A stretch of 64,000 nucleotides of DNA, from assembly GCF_009914755.1 (NCBI RefSeq), contig NC_060947.1; one strand, 5' to 3'. Each line of letters starts with the position of its first letter. The first letter of the stretch is position 1. The DNA is from the human T2T-CHM13v2.0 reference genome, Homo sapiens. The notes beneath the pieces were generated by a model. It saw only the letters and a program-made list of their open reading frames with translations, did no database searches and was not told where the DNA came from. Position numbers and translations under genes: made by a program. Positions 1-15,751 of this stretch are shown here, piece by piece.

Positions 1-43
1 CAGCAGAGTGGAACAGGAGGTTGGAAGGCTCTGGTGTTTTTCC

Positions 44-342
44 AGGAGAGGGAGAAGGAGAGAGGTAGAGAGGGGGGAGGGGAGGGGGGAGAAGAAAACA
101 AGGAGGAGGGAGGGGGGGAAGAGAGAGAGGGAGGGAGAGGGAGATGGTGGTGAGAGAGGGAGGGAGAGAGAGAGAGAAGAGAGGAAGTAGGGGAGAGAGA
201 AAGAGAGAGAGGGAGGGACGAAGAGGAAGGAAGGACAGAGAGAGAGAGGGATAGAGAGAGAAGGGAGAGAGTGGGGAGGGAGGGGGGAGAGAGAGGGAGA
301 GAGGGAGATGGGGAGAGAGGGAGGAAAGGAGGGAGAGAGAGA
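44..342. repeat. GA-rich low-complexity polypurine tract
   Basis: About 300 nt almost entirely G/A (gagagagg/ggga units). Confidence 0.95.
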
Positions 343-956
343 AATAAAGCTATATACGTAAGTTAATTATAGTATATTCTTGCTTCAATATTCAATATCA
401 ACATTGCTACATTAATGAAAACATTAAGTATAGATTAAAGCAAAACCTGAGATATGTGCATATAGAGAAAAGCTGAAGTCCTCAACTACCATGATAGTTA
501 AGAGATCATATCTAGAATCGACAAACCAAGAGAGCAGCAATGAATATTATTCAGAAGCACAGCAGCAAATAGTAGAAGCAACAGCTAGAACTGAAGAACG
601 ACTGCCTCCTAGAATATAAGGACACAAAGAGAAGGGACAAGAGGCTGCTGGGTACTCACACATCTTTTAGCAGCATATGACTTTCAAAACTGTGTGTGGG
701 TAACCACTCAAAAATTAATAATTAAAGGTATACATGTTCATTCCAAAAAATACATAACAAGAGGACACAAATGGACTCTTACTATGTGTGCTATACTGCA
801 ACTTGCTTTCTTCAACTTAACAATGCATCTTAGACAACTTCTCCATCAGAGCTTTGCCCCTCTTCCTCATAGCTGCACAGAATCCAACTGTAGGATAGAC
901 CAGTATCAAAAGGGACAGTCTGGTTGTGTCTGAAAGTAGATTTTGGAACACGGAAG

Positions 957-1646
957 TGAAACTGCCTTTGCGAAAATTAAAACTGAGGAAATTATGACAA
1001 TGAAAGAGATCAGACCTAACCGACTCCATCTTGCTTCTAACCTTTAAGCTGTCCCTGTTCGTTCCTGGGCGTAGGCCGAACTAACCTTGGAAAAGAATTT
1101 AGTTTACGGTTTGACTGTAAAACAAAATTGATAATAGCCCTTTCCAGAAAAGACCCTCTTCTTGCCTGGGGACCAGTATGCCTTTGGAGGGCTAAGAAAT
1201 TAGCTGCAAGATTAGAAATTACAGTTTAGGGGTCATGCAGCTCCTGGCAAGAGTCTGAACCTCCCCAAATTGCTCCTGGGGATAACATCACTACTGTAAA
1301 ACCTAAGATCAGTGCTTGAGGTATTTTGCAGACCCTCTACTAGATCAGCTGACACCATCCAGACTGGTAAACTGGCTCAACCAGTTGTGCGATCCCACCC
1401 AGGAACATAAGATAGCAAGGAAACCTAACTTTGACCCCCACTATGATTCCATCTCCAACCTGACCTGAATCAGCACTACCCACTTCCCAAGCCCTACCTG
1501 CCAAATTATCTTTAAAAATTCCAATTCCTTGAGTAATAATAAAACTCTGGTCTCCCACACAGCCAGCTCTGCAGGAATTACTCTTTCTCCACTGCAATTC
1601 CCCTGTCTTGATAAATCGGCTCTGTCTAGGCAGCAGGCAAGGTGAA
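957..1646 (+). mobile_element. Solo LTR, LTR8 family (ERV1), 3' terminus apparently lost
   Basis: Starts TGAAACTGCCTTTGC...GAGATCAGACCTAACCGACTCCATCTTGCTTCTAACC; AATAAA at 1538-1543; ends ...GGCAAGGTGAA without the terminal CA or a TSD. Confidence 0.85.
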
Positions 1647-2039
1647 TCAGGTGAGCTGCGTTATTTGTCACCATACCACAGATGAAGGCACAACAGTTGT
1701 CCTCATTGGCTCTTCTGAAATGCTCATGGAAAAAAGATTTGTGGCACAGCAAACTTTGGCTGTTTCTGAGATCTGGCAAAATCTCCCTTGCCATTTAGAC
1801 CACTGGAAACCTGCGAGTGGAGATTGGTATCTGGGATATACCTTTTATATATACCTCATACGCTCCTGCCTGAGGCAATCTCCTTTCTAAATTTCTGTAT
1901 CCTTGGCTGGTTAAACGGGTAACTTATTTGAATCTTGCTGGGTAGGAGATAGTTCTCTTCTCACAGAACTATAACCCACATGAAACCACCCAGTTGTCTC
2001 AAGTCCTCTGCGATTACAAACAACACTACATTGAGCATC

Positions 2040-2943
<904 letters not shown>

Positions 2944-3697
2944 GTACAAAATACCCATTTTTTCTAATAATTTTATGGCAAAAGTTAATGCACATTATTA
3001 GAAGGCCTCTCATTTCCCACCTGCTCCCCACTTCAAAAAAAGAAACACCCAGAAGCCCAATTTAGAATAACTCACATGGGGAATTACAAGGCCCTGATTT
3101 TAGGAGCCTGGTTTCCAAAGCTTAGGTTTGGGGGTGAGGAAGCATTTCAGAGTGGGAAATGCCCACTGATCAGAGCTAACACAGAAATTTCTTCATTTGT
3201 GCTTAGAAATATCTGCGTTTATTTAGCTTAAAGAGAAATAATGTTAATAAACAGGTTAACAGGTCATGACTAAATTTGGTCATTTCTTCTCAAAACAGAC
3301 TGCCCATCTACCAAGAACAGGATCCAAATTTCCCCTGACTCTGACCCCTGTCTGGATTCTATAAGCACTCCTGACTCTACTCCATCATGGGACCTGGCAA
3401 CAAATACCCAGAGGCCCCCAGAAGTGACACTAAAACCTTGAGGACACTATTCCTTAGCAGCCCCACAATGACAGGGAAGGGAAACGTTTTCTAAAAAGCC
3501 TTTTCCTAGGTTTAACCCTATGGCTTCTAGGACACAGCATCAGGGGAACAGAATAAAAGGCGATGGTGCATTATCATTAAATCTTTTAGCCACAATTACT
3601 AAGTGCCTTAATATATATCAAGTCCTATGTCGGGGGTAGTGTTAAAGATGGCCACTGCTACCTAGGGTCTCACCATCTAGGAAGGCTGGAACTCTGA

Positions 3698-4110
<413 letters not shown>

Positions 4111-4449
4111 TGAATAGTCCTTAGTAATAGTTTCTTACCACTGCTCTAACAGATTACCAAAAACTTGGCGACTTAACCCAAAGTTAGTATCTCACAGTTC
4201 TGGAGGTTAGAAATCCAGAAACTGTCTTACTGGGCTAAAATGGAGGTGTTGGCAGGCTGCATTCATTCAGGGGCTGTAGGAGAGGAGGTTCTCCCACCCT
4301 TTCCAGCCTCTAGGGGTTACCTGCATTCCTTAGCTTGTATTCCCTTCCTCCATCTTCGAGGCCAGCAGTATAGCATCTTCAATGCTCGCTCTCTCTCTGA
4401 CCTCTGCTTCTATCATCACTAACTCTGATCTTACTGCCTCCCTTTTTAA

Positions 4450-5389
4450 AAAAAATTTTTTTTAATTGTGGTAAATACACGTTACATAAAATTTAACATC
4501 TTAACAGGTTTAAACTACACAGTTCAGTAGTGTTAAGTACAGTCACATTGTGCAAAAGATCATCAGATTTCTTTTCCTCTTGCAAAACTGAAAAAGAAGC
4601 TCTGTACCCATTAAACAACTCCTTTCTCCCCTCCCACCAGCTCCTGGCAACCAGCAGTCCATTTTCTGTCTCTGTAAAGTTGACTTTAGATACCTCATAT
4701 AGGTTAAGTCATACAGTATTTGTCCTTTTGTGACTGGCTTCTGTCACTTAGCATAATGTATCAAGGTTCAACCGCATTGTAGCATGTGTCAGAATTTCCT
4801 TCTTTTGAGGCAGAATGATATTCTGTTGTATAGACACTTGGGTTGCTTCCACCTTTTGCCTTCTGTGAATACTACTGTGCACATGGGTGTATAATATCTC
4901 TGAGACCCTGCTTTCAATTCTTTTGGATATATACCCAGAAGTAAAATTGCTAGATCATATGGTAATTCTATTTTTAATTGTTCAAGGAACTGCCACATTG
5001 TTTTTTATGGTAGCTACACCATTTTACATCCCCACCGACAGTATATAAAGGTTTCAATTGTTCCACATCCTCACCAACACTTGTTGTTTTTTCTTTTTTT
5101 ATAGCAGCCATCCTAATGGGTATGAGGTGCAATCTCACTGTGATTTTGATTTGCATTTCCCTGATGGTCAGTGATGTTGAGCATCTTTTCATCTGCTTGT
5201 TGGTCATTGGTATGTCTTCTTTGGAAAACTGTCTATTCAAGTCCCTTGCCCATTTTGAATTGGGTTATTTGTTTTGTTGTTGAGTTGTAGGAGTTCTTTA
5301 TAGATTCTGGATATTAACCCCTTATCAGATATATGATTTGAAAATATTTTCTCCATTGTTCAGATTGCACTTTGAGTCTGTTGATTGCA

Positions 5390-5432
<43 letters not shown>

Positions 5433-5778
5433 AGACAGAGTCTTGCTCCGTCGCCCAGGCTGGAGTGCAGTGGCACAATCTCGGCTCACCGCAAGCTCCG
5501 CCTCCCAGTTTACACCATTCTCCTGCCTCAGCCTCCCGAGTAGCTGGGACTACAGGTGCCCGCCACCAGGCCTGGCTAATTTTTTGTATTTTTAGTAGAG
5601 ATGGGGTTTCACCATGGTCTCGACCTCCTTACCTCGTGATCCACCCGCCTCGGCCTCCCAAAGTGCTGGGATTACAGGCATGAGCCACCACGCCTGGTCC
5701 GATTGTATCTTTTGATGTACGGAAGTTTTACATTTTGATGTTGTCTAATTTATGTATTTTTGCTTTTGTTGCCCATGT
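4450..5778 (-). mobile_element. L1MB 3' fragment (3'UTR plus ORF2 C-terminus), interrupted by AluY
   Basis: ttaattgtggtaaatacac 3' end; ORF track peptides [10 protein letters not shown]...[15 protein letters not shown] and LAILLLGIYPKE are L1 ORF2-like. Confidence 0.9.
5392..5700 (-). mobile_element. AluY with a small internal deletion
   Basis: gcaagctccgcc and ccattctcctgcc AluY diagnostics; long T tail; TSD gattg(c/t)atcttt. Confidence 0.95.
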
Positions 5779-7985
5779 GCTTCCCTCTTATAAGGACCCT
5801 TGTGATTCTAATCCAAAATCCTTAACCATATCTGCATCGTAAGGTAAACACTCACAGGTTCTGAAGATTAGAACGTGGACACCTTTGAGGGGCCATTATT
5901 CTGCCTACCATAGTCCTTATCCTTAAAATGAGAATAGTAGTATCTAATTCAAAGAGTTATGACAACAAAATAAAATAGCACATGAACTGAGCTTAGAACA
6001 GTGCCTGGCATACAGTAAATATTAGCAATTGTCATTAACATAAAACAAAGTGTTATAGGAAAAGAGACAGGTGTGGCTAAGGGTACTGGTAAGAACAGAA
6101 GCTAAGGCCATTCATTCTGCCTGGGAAAACTCTTTCCAAAAGGGACAAGACACCAACTTGATCATAAGAAATGAGTAGAATTTAGAAGGTCTGAAAAGAG
6201 CAAGCCAGGAGGGAAAATTCCAAATTTTCTCCCACATTCTGACATTGGCATTAACATCCCAGAAATCTTGTTTCTTTCCTAAGAAGCCACATCTGCTTTT
6301 TGACAGTAGCTGTGAGGTGATTTTCTTTATTTATAAGGAAACATGCTCAGCTGAATTTCTGAGTCTTAATAAACAATTCACAAACTTTTTCCCAGCAAAC
6401 TATTTTTAGAGTAGAAAGGGATTTTTTTTTAAAGAAGCAGCTCGTATTTATAAAATTTGTCCTGAAAGCTTAAAAATAGATCCAAAAGTTTAGCACCAGC
6501 CCTGTCCCACCCTCATCACTCAGTACCAGAAAGGCAGACACAGCATGCCTTTGTGAGTCCTCTGGGACTCTGATTTTTTAAAGTTAACCCCTGCTAATCT
6601 CCCTTCCCCTGGAACGTGCACAGTAAATGGCAGGTGAACAGAATAATGAAAGAAAATAATCACTTATTGATGTTCTTCTCATTTCTCCTTGCAGACATGC
6701 TGGGAAGCTGCGATAATTAACTGGCTGAAATATAGAACAATTTCTCAACTTGCCCTTGTCCTCTAATGATCAACATCCTCCCTCCCCCCACACCAGTAGA
6801 GTAGCTTAGCTTTAGTTCAAGCAGAACTTCGGTGGTTCTGTTGACTTGGAAGTTAATTTGCTCTGAACCCAGAGCACACGGGAAAACCTGACAAATGAAA
6901 ATGCAGAATGGTTTTAGGTCACACACAGGAAACCTGTCAATACCAAGGCACCACATGGGTATCAGTTTTCTAATGGACTGCAAACACAATGCACAGACAC
7001 ACAAAATACACACACTGGCTGCAACTTAATGAGAATTTTACCCAGACACAAACGCAGATGAACAGAATGGCAGGATCTATTACCCTCCTCAGCTATCTTG
7101 TTGCTGTCTGTCCATTTAAGCCAGTCAGCTATTACCACCCTGGCTCAGCAATAAGACAGCACCTCCAAAAGGTTAAATATGGAAAGGGCGTGTGGGTGAC
7201 TGTTTTAAGCCTCCATGACATGTTGAAGGGGGAAAAAAAGCACACAGCAATATCTGGGGTTCAGCCCAAGTTAATCGGATCATTCTACAATTCACACCTC
7301 GCCTTATAAATGAGAGATTTGAATTCAATACATTCCATCCACAACCCTAATAACCACTCAGGGGGAGGCTAAACTCCACCTAACGCCACTGACTCAGCCA
7401 CACAACCAAATGGCACATACCATGGGCATCCTAGATACACCAAACAATTTCAGCTGGCATTTAATTTATCTTGGAGCTAGATAATACAGGCAAAGAACTG
7501 TGATCTTTTTGAAGGAAAAGAAATAGATACAAACTATTTATTGTGGTGTCTATGTTTAGGAGAAACAGGAAATGCTGAGTTTTCAACATGAAATAGATGT
7601 TCACAATAGGAAGATTAAAATTCAGTCAAAATTTTCCAAGACTGACCCCCAAGTTTGCATCCTTTCATCAGTAATCCCATGGTCTGATTTATGGGTGAAC
7701 ATATGAGTACACATTAATTATTTCAGAAATTTCTAAAATGTAGCTGTTGGAGGCATTCAGGTTGAAAAGACAGAACTGACATTTTAATCTTGTTTTCCTG
7801 TCTGGCCAAATTCAGTGTACACACACACACACATTTGGGTTTTTTTTTTTAAATTAGTAAGATCTTTGTTCTTATTCCATGTAAAGTGTCCTGTCCTGAA
7901 ATAGAGACACCTCCTGTTAAGCAGAAGGAGGTTTTCACTTTATAATAGCATATTGAGCAATATTATTATACAGCTGCGTTATAAT

Positions 7986-8346
<361 letters not shown>

Positions 8347-8889
8347 TAATTTTGCTCCTTTTCAAAGCAATATTATTGTTGATTTAGCATCACTTGCCAA
8401 ACAAACAAAAAGAAATTCTGTCTTAACTACCTTCCAGCCATGACTTTACTCATGATATAACATACTCAAAATGCACATGGGGCACTTCATGTTTTTCTCA
8501 AGTAGAAGATGTTTAATACAATGTGTGGTTGTAATAAGCCACAAGATTGAACTCTCACGTTGCAGTTTGAGTACTGGAGCAGTAAAGATTAATCAGACTG
8601 CTAAAAAAAATCTAACTTAATGCAGCCATTGGTTTTAACTCCGGATTTTCTCTCTAGTCAATATGACAGAACCTTCCTAAATGGCAGATAAGTCATCTAG
8701 TATCACAGAATCATAAAATCAGAGATCAAAGTCCAGAAGTTTATTCTTTCCAAGTTCTCATGCTAAACTCTGACTGTAAGACTTTTGGCCCACAATCCCC
8801 CACTCCTTTTGTGTCACAGCTGATTCTTGAAAATATCGCTTAAAATGTCTACACACAGTATAACCAAGGGTTCTCACTCTCGGATTCAT

Positions 8890-10220
8890 GGACAAACATC
8901 TGAATCTAAAAATGGGCAAAGGTTATGAATAAATAGTTCAAAGAAGAACCATATATGGCCAACAGACATACGAAAATAATGTCACTAAGTGCAGGTTTGT
9001 TATATAGGTAAACTAGTGTCATGAGGGTTTGTTGTACAGATTATTTCGTCATCCAGGTACCAAGCCTAGTACTCAATAGTTATTTTTTCTGCTCTTCTCC
9101 CTCCTTCCACCCTCTACCCTTAAGTAGGCCCCCATGTCTGTTCCCTTGTGTCCATGTGTTCTCATCCTTTAGCTCCCACTTATAAGTGAGAACATGCGGT
9201 ATTTGGTTTTCTGTTCCTGTGTTAGTCTGCTAAGGATAATGGCCTCCAGCTCCATCCGTGTTCCCACAAAAGACATGATCTCATTCTTTTTTATGGCTGC
9301 ATAGTATTCCATGGTGTATATATACCATATTTTCTTTATCCAATCTATCACTAATGGGCATTTAGGCTGATTTCATGTTTTTGCTATTGTGAAGAGTGTG
9401 GCAATGAACATACTTGTGCGTGTGTCTTTATGGTAGAATGACTTATATTCCTTCGGGTATATACCCAGTAATGGGACTGCTGGGTCGAATGGTAGTTCTG
9501 TTTTTAGCTCTTTGAGGAATTGCCACACTGCTTTCCACAGTGGTTGAACTAATTTACATTCCCACCAAGAGTGTATAAGTGTTCCCTTTTCTCTGTAACC
9601 TTACCAGCATGTTATTTTTTTTTTTTTTACTTTTTAATAATAGCCATTCTGACTGGTGTGAGATGGTACCTCACTGTGGTTTTGATATGCATTTCCCTAA
9701 TGATCAACGATATTGAGCTTTTTTTCATATTCTTGTTGGTCACATGCAGGTCTTCTTTTAAAAAGTGTCTGTTCATGTCCTTTGCCCACTTTTTAATGGC
9801 TTTTCTTGTAAATTTAAGTTCCTTACACGTGCTGAATATTAGACCTTTGTCAGGTGAATAGTTTGCAAATATTTTCTCTCATTCTGTAGGTTGTCTGTTT
9901 ACCCTGTTGATAATTTCTTTTGCTAACATACTGAATTTTTAAGGTTTATTTTACCCAGGAAATGGGGGGTTGAGCCTTCTCCTACATTACTGTGAGAGTC
10001 TGATGTGGCACACTTTGGTGAAGACCAGTTGGCAATATGGATTATAGGCCAAAAAGAAAAAAACAACAACACCGCTCATATTCTAAACCCAGTAACTCTA
10101 CTTATAAGGACTTATCTAGGGAAGTAATCACAGATGTGCTTCAAAGAGGATTTAAAGTATGTCCAAAATTTTTTCTTTATAAGAAAATTAGAGCAATCTA
10201 AGCTATTAACAATTGGGGCA
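8890..10220 (+). mobile_element. Old L1M ORF2 fragment split by a younger L1PA (pieces about 8890-8988 and 9960-10220)
   Basis: aaaatgggcaaagg...atggccaacagacat resumes as ...ttggcaatat...aacccagtaactctactt. Confidence 0.55.
8989..9925 (-). mobile_element. L1PA13-16-like 3' fragment lacking its A tail
   Basis: gtgcaggtttgttatataggtaaac...gtttgttgtacagattatttc; ORF2 C-terminus MIDWIKKIWYIYTMEYYAAIKKNEIMSF. Confidence 0.9.
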
Positions 10221-10490
10221 GTATAAGGTAGGTCTATGTGCTTTCAAAGTTGGCTACTGAGTGTGACCAGGATCCCTAGGAGGCCTCAAAGCTATGGGGA
10301 GGGTAACCGTAAACTGCAACATTGACAAGATATAGCCTGGGCTCCCCACTCCTGCCTCAATGGTGGTGCAGCTCTGCTTGAAGCTCTCTGGTCTTTGAGG
10401 AAAGGGTTCTGCAACTTTAAAAAACTTGAAAAACATTACTGATGTTGTAGAAAATTAAGTAACTTAGTATTACACTTAAAAATTGGTTAC

Positions 10491-10796
<306 letters not shown>

Positions 10797-12372
10797 TTAC
10801 AATTTTCTGTTGTGTATTTCACCACAATTAAAACAAAAAAAAAAACTTCTTATAAAACACCACCTACCATATGATTCCATTTTTGTAGAAAAATAACAAA
10901 CACATATCAGGCTTATAACAAACGACTGGCTAGAAAATGAATTATCTTTCTGGTTCCTGCCTGCATTTTACAAATTTTAAGTATACACATTATTTAAGAA
11001 AAAAAATACTTGTGTTGGTGGTTTAAAAAAAAGGAAATTCATGACATTTGCTCAAGTGGAAGAGGAAAAAGAGAAAAACAGTTGGGAAAATACCTTAGAA
11101 AAGTCATTTAAATTATTGCCAATGATGGTGTCCTCTTTAAAAACTCAGTTATTACCAACAATAAGAGAGTCTGTTCATCTTCTGGGAGCGCTGTTAGGGG
11201 AAATCCACTGGTACAGCTGAAGAGTAATCTTTCAGTAAAGGGAGTTAGCACCACCTTTAACAGCTTTGGGAAGCTTTGTGACCTTCAAAGCAGAACCAAA
11301 GAGAGAAAGAAATGGAAGGAGGGAGGTCAAATGAAAGCTAGCAATCAGAAAAAAATAAGGCCCAAACAGCCTGGGGCCAGTTTTTGTTTTTTGTTTTTTT
11401 TTAGAAGAAAATTCGAGGCCTAATAAGGGCGATTTCCTCAGCTTCCTGAGTCACCACCCATGCTCCCCCCATTTCCTCTCCGTTCCAACATTGAACATGA
11501 AAATTAACTGGAGCTGTAAAAATCATTCCCAGGGAGAAGAGTTTCTGCAGTAGAGAAAGTCAAAGGAAGCATTCAGAATTCTAGGAATATCCCATGGAGA
11601 TGGGCGAGGACAAATGTAATGCAAAGTGAAAAGTGTGTGGGTGGTTTGTCAGGGAAAAGGGTCGGGAGGAGGATGTAAACCACAAATTAAACACGATTCT
11701 AAAACTTCCAGCTGGCTCTTCCTCCTCATCTTCCCCCACTCTTGTGACAGGTGTGACAAGATCATGAGAAAACCTGTTCACTGTGTGGGGCTTTGGGGCA
11801 CACCCATTTTTGCTAAGTGTAACCTTTCTGCAACTTGTAAGAAACCATATGTGGCATTGACCCAGGCCAGTGTGCTCCATCTGGCAAGTGTTTCTGGGGT
11901 AGCCCGTTTACAGCGAGTGGGAGAGGCAGACCCATAGACACAGAAAAACAGAACCCCCATACACAGAGACACTGATGCACAAGCATAGAGACTCACATAG
12001 AGAATACAGATAGGCACACAGACACAAATAGGAGAGAAACCCATAAGAAGAGATCTCCCAGCCTCCAGGGTGGCCCATGACACAGGTAGCCTTAGTAGCT
12101 GTGTTTCATTCCTCCTTCCACCTCTGGCTCTCCGAGCTGTCACTCATCCCAGAGGTTCCTTTGTCCTAGATCACAACTTGCTCTTTGGAATTGTACCTCA
12201 CTTCAAATTATTCAAATTTAGCACAATGTATATTTGTATTTTCTAAAACCGTAAATCCACAGGTTTGTGTGCATATCTGAGTCATCTGCATTCACTAGTC
12301 TCTTACCTACTGCTTTCACAGATGTGGGCTCATACTTCTGAACTCAAATGCAAATTTTCTCAAGCAATTCAG

Positions 12373-12401
12373 TCTCTGTCTCTCTCTCTCTCTCACACAC
12401 A

Positions 12402-12436
<35 letters not shown>

Positions 12437-12460
12437 ATGCACACACAGACACACACACAC
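12373..12460. repeat. Compound (TC)n(CA)n microsatellite
   Basis: Seen directly. Confidence 0.95.
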
Positions 12461-12484
12461 CCCCCTATAAGAATCATCATTTTC

Positions 12485-12800
<316 letters not shown>

Positions 12801-13300
12801 TCATCATTTTTCTGGACTGGTGTCTCCTTCCCAGGTCCTCACTGATGGTGCCACTGTCACTGTGTGAAAGGCATGTGGCTCTGGGGAGAAGAAGCTCATG
12901 TCCTGAGAACACCCTGTCACCCTTTCATAGAAAACGGAATTAGCAGCTGTTTGTCAGCATTTGCAAATGTTACATGGCTTGAAAAGGCAGAATTCTGGGA
13001 ACTCAGTAGCTGCCCTGTCACCAAGGTCAAATGGTCCTCATGGCTCAAAAACTCTCCCAGCCCTCCTATAGGGTCTTTTTTGACTGTCTTTTTTTTAGGG
13101 CTTCACCCTGATTTTATCCTTTTCCTCCTATTTCTGGTATGAAATAAAAGTACTTGATTTCCTACTCTGTAATGTGTGCTTTGGTTTTCATCTTACCTTT
13201 TATAAACAACTGTTTGAGCAAAGTAAAAATACATCTTTGCATAGATCCTTTGGTTAATCTTCAGTGATGCTCACTTGGTTAACTTTTAAGAAACCTAAGC

Positions 13301-13566
13301 CGCCGGGCGCGGTGGCTCACACCTTTAATCCCAGCACTTTGGGAGGCTGAGGCGGGCGGATCACGAGGTCAGGAGATCGAGACCATCCTGGCTAACACGG
13401 TGAAACCCCGTCTCTACTAAAAATACAAAAAATTAGCCAGGCGTGGTGGCAGGCGCCAGGAGTCCCAGCTACTCAGGAGGCTGAGGCAGGAGAATGGCGT
13501 GAACCCAGGAGGCGGAGCTTACAGTGAGCCGAGTTCACGCCACTGCACTCCCCTGTCTCAAAAAAA

Positions 13567-13609
<43 letters not shown>
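13301..13609 (+). mobile_element. AluY with a 3' internal deletion and (AAAG)n tail
   Basis: gagatcgagaccatcctggctaacacgg; TSD aagaaacctaag at 13288-13299 and 13610-13621. Confidence 0.95.
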
Positions 13610-13610
<1 letters not shown>

Positions 13611-15429
13611 AGAAACCTAAGGAAATTCTAGTTTATACTGCCTTCCCCAATAAATATGGGGGGTTTATTAACTTTATTAACACATAGAAAAATGAATCCT
13701 CAGCTTTACATTTTAAAAATTATATTCTTTAAATTACAGAGAAATCCAAAAAGGTTTAACTAGACAAAAAAAGTAATCATCAAAGGGGTCTTCCTACTTT
13801 ACAAAGCTAGACCCCCACACCTGGCCAGACCTTCTATGAGAGCATCAAGGCTTCTGAGGGGAGCGCATTGGTCCCCTCATTCTCCTCCCCCAAGCCCTCT
13901 CTGTTTAGTAGTGTCACACAGACTTTTCACAAAGGATTTGTCACCAGTCCACAGATCACAGTCTCTGGAAATTCCACCTGTGGTTTGACATCAGGGGACT
14001 TTATCAGACTGGAGGGCAGAAACCATCCAAACTGACTTGAGGCAAAATCTCTCCACAGGTCTTCACGAGTACACAACAAGAATTCTGAAATTGAGGCCCT
14101 GTAACATCCACTCTGTTCCATCAGCCTCACTGAGGTAAAGTACCACACCAATGTCAAAAGCTCCAAACACACCAGGAAAGCCGACGACATCACAGAACTA
14201 GAGAAATGTTTCTCATCTCAAATGTTCACTTGGTTTCTAAACAAATCTAAATATTGGGTGGGCTTGGTTTGCTTTCAATTAACTGCTCTTATTTAGCCTG
14301 TAAGCCTTTTCTGGAAAGTCTTCCCCCACATTTTCAACTATTGATTTAAACATCAAGCCTCGTTCAATGTTTCTCACAAAATATTAGCACTGTATCTTAC
14401 ACTCACGTGCCTGCTTACTCTAACTCACTCATTACCAGGGAAAATTGAGTGCCAACATTAACTCTAAATGGAAGAATTAGTTGTATTAGTCCAGGATTGA
14501 CTCCAGTCCATTAATAAACCACACAACTAATTAGTCCTTGGTCTATTTGGAGTACGCAGGCCCTGGACACCATCATCCTGCATCATGGACACCACCGCTC
14601 CTCTGCTCTGTGTCTAATTCATCTTTTTCAGAGACTTACCCCTATTCATGCTTCTTAATGAGCCAAAGGCACTAAAGATCTGCTTTAAATGGCCTTTCAG
14701 GAAAATTACCTTCTCGATTACAGCTAGGAAAGTATCTTAGCAGCTGTGTTTTCACTGAAACAGCCATAATATCAGAAGATTTGCAAGCTACTTCACATTT
14801 ATTATCCCCCATTGATATTTAATAATTCTACTTGCAAGTACCACAGCCTAATTTGTCCCTTGCAAATTGCCAAGAATAAGATGTTGTCCTCATCCCATGG
14901 TGTCCGCAGGGAGCTCGCCTGATATTTAGCACAAATGTGACTAGCCCAAAGGACAACAGAGTGTGCCAAGAATTCATTCCCCCATCCCCCAAAAGGAATT
15001 GGCTACTACAGCTAGCTTACAGGAAAGAAAGACCTCAGAAGATACTTTCCTCAAAATGCTCTAAAGTCAGAAGTCTCAAAATAACATGTCAATGTCCACG
15101 CTTCCACATGTGAGCCATAAGCGCCCTGTGCTGTTGGAGGAAATCTGATGTGGAAATGTTTTATGGCCTGAGATTCTTGCTCAAGTGGCCTAGCAGGGCC
15201 TAAGAGAAGATGCTGGGGGAGAAATGAAAGCAGGAGGGAAAGACTGCCTCACAGATTCAACTCCCTGGAGAAAACCCTCAAAAAGAGTGGGAGTGGATGA
15301 GGTATCCACTGGGCAGTGATGTCCCTGGGCCAACAGACAACAGAATTAAGTCTATATCAAGCAGAATCCCATGGAAAAAATAAAAGAATTTTTTTTAAAA
15401 AAAGAATTCTAAATCTAGCTTGACAACCT

Positions 15430-15431
<2 letters not shown>

Positions 15432-15462
<31 letters not shown>

Positions 15463-15751
15463 GAGAGACAGGGTCTCACTCTGTCACCAAAGCTGGAATT
15501 CAGTGGCATGATCATAACTCATTGTAATCTCAAACTCCTGGGCTCAAGTGATCCTCCCACCTCAGCCTACTGAGTAACTGGGACCACAAGCGCACACCAC
15601 CATGTCCAGCTAATTTTTTCTTTTTAATTTTTTGTAGAGACAAGGTCTTGCTACGTTTCCCAGGATGGTCTCAAACTCCTGGCCTCAAGTGATCCTCCTG
15701 CCTCAGCCTCCCAAAGCACCAGGATGACAGGTGTGAGCCACTGCACCCAGC
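15432..15751 (-). mobile_element. Alu (AluJ)
   Basis: Full Alu; degenerate TSD tgaca(a/g)cct. Confidence 0.95.

Larger units (their letters stand above)
4122..5912 (-). mobile_element. MLT1 (MLT1C-like MaLR LTR) split by an L1
   Basis: atctcacagttctggaggttagaaatccag...ggccattattctgcctacca; 5-bp TSD GTCCT at 4117-4121 and 5913-5917. Confidence 0.85.
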
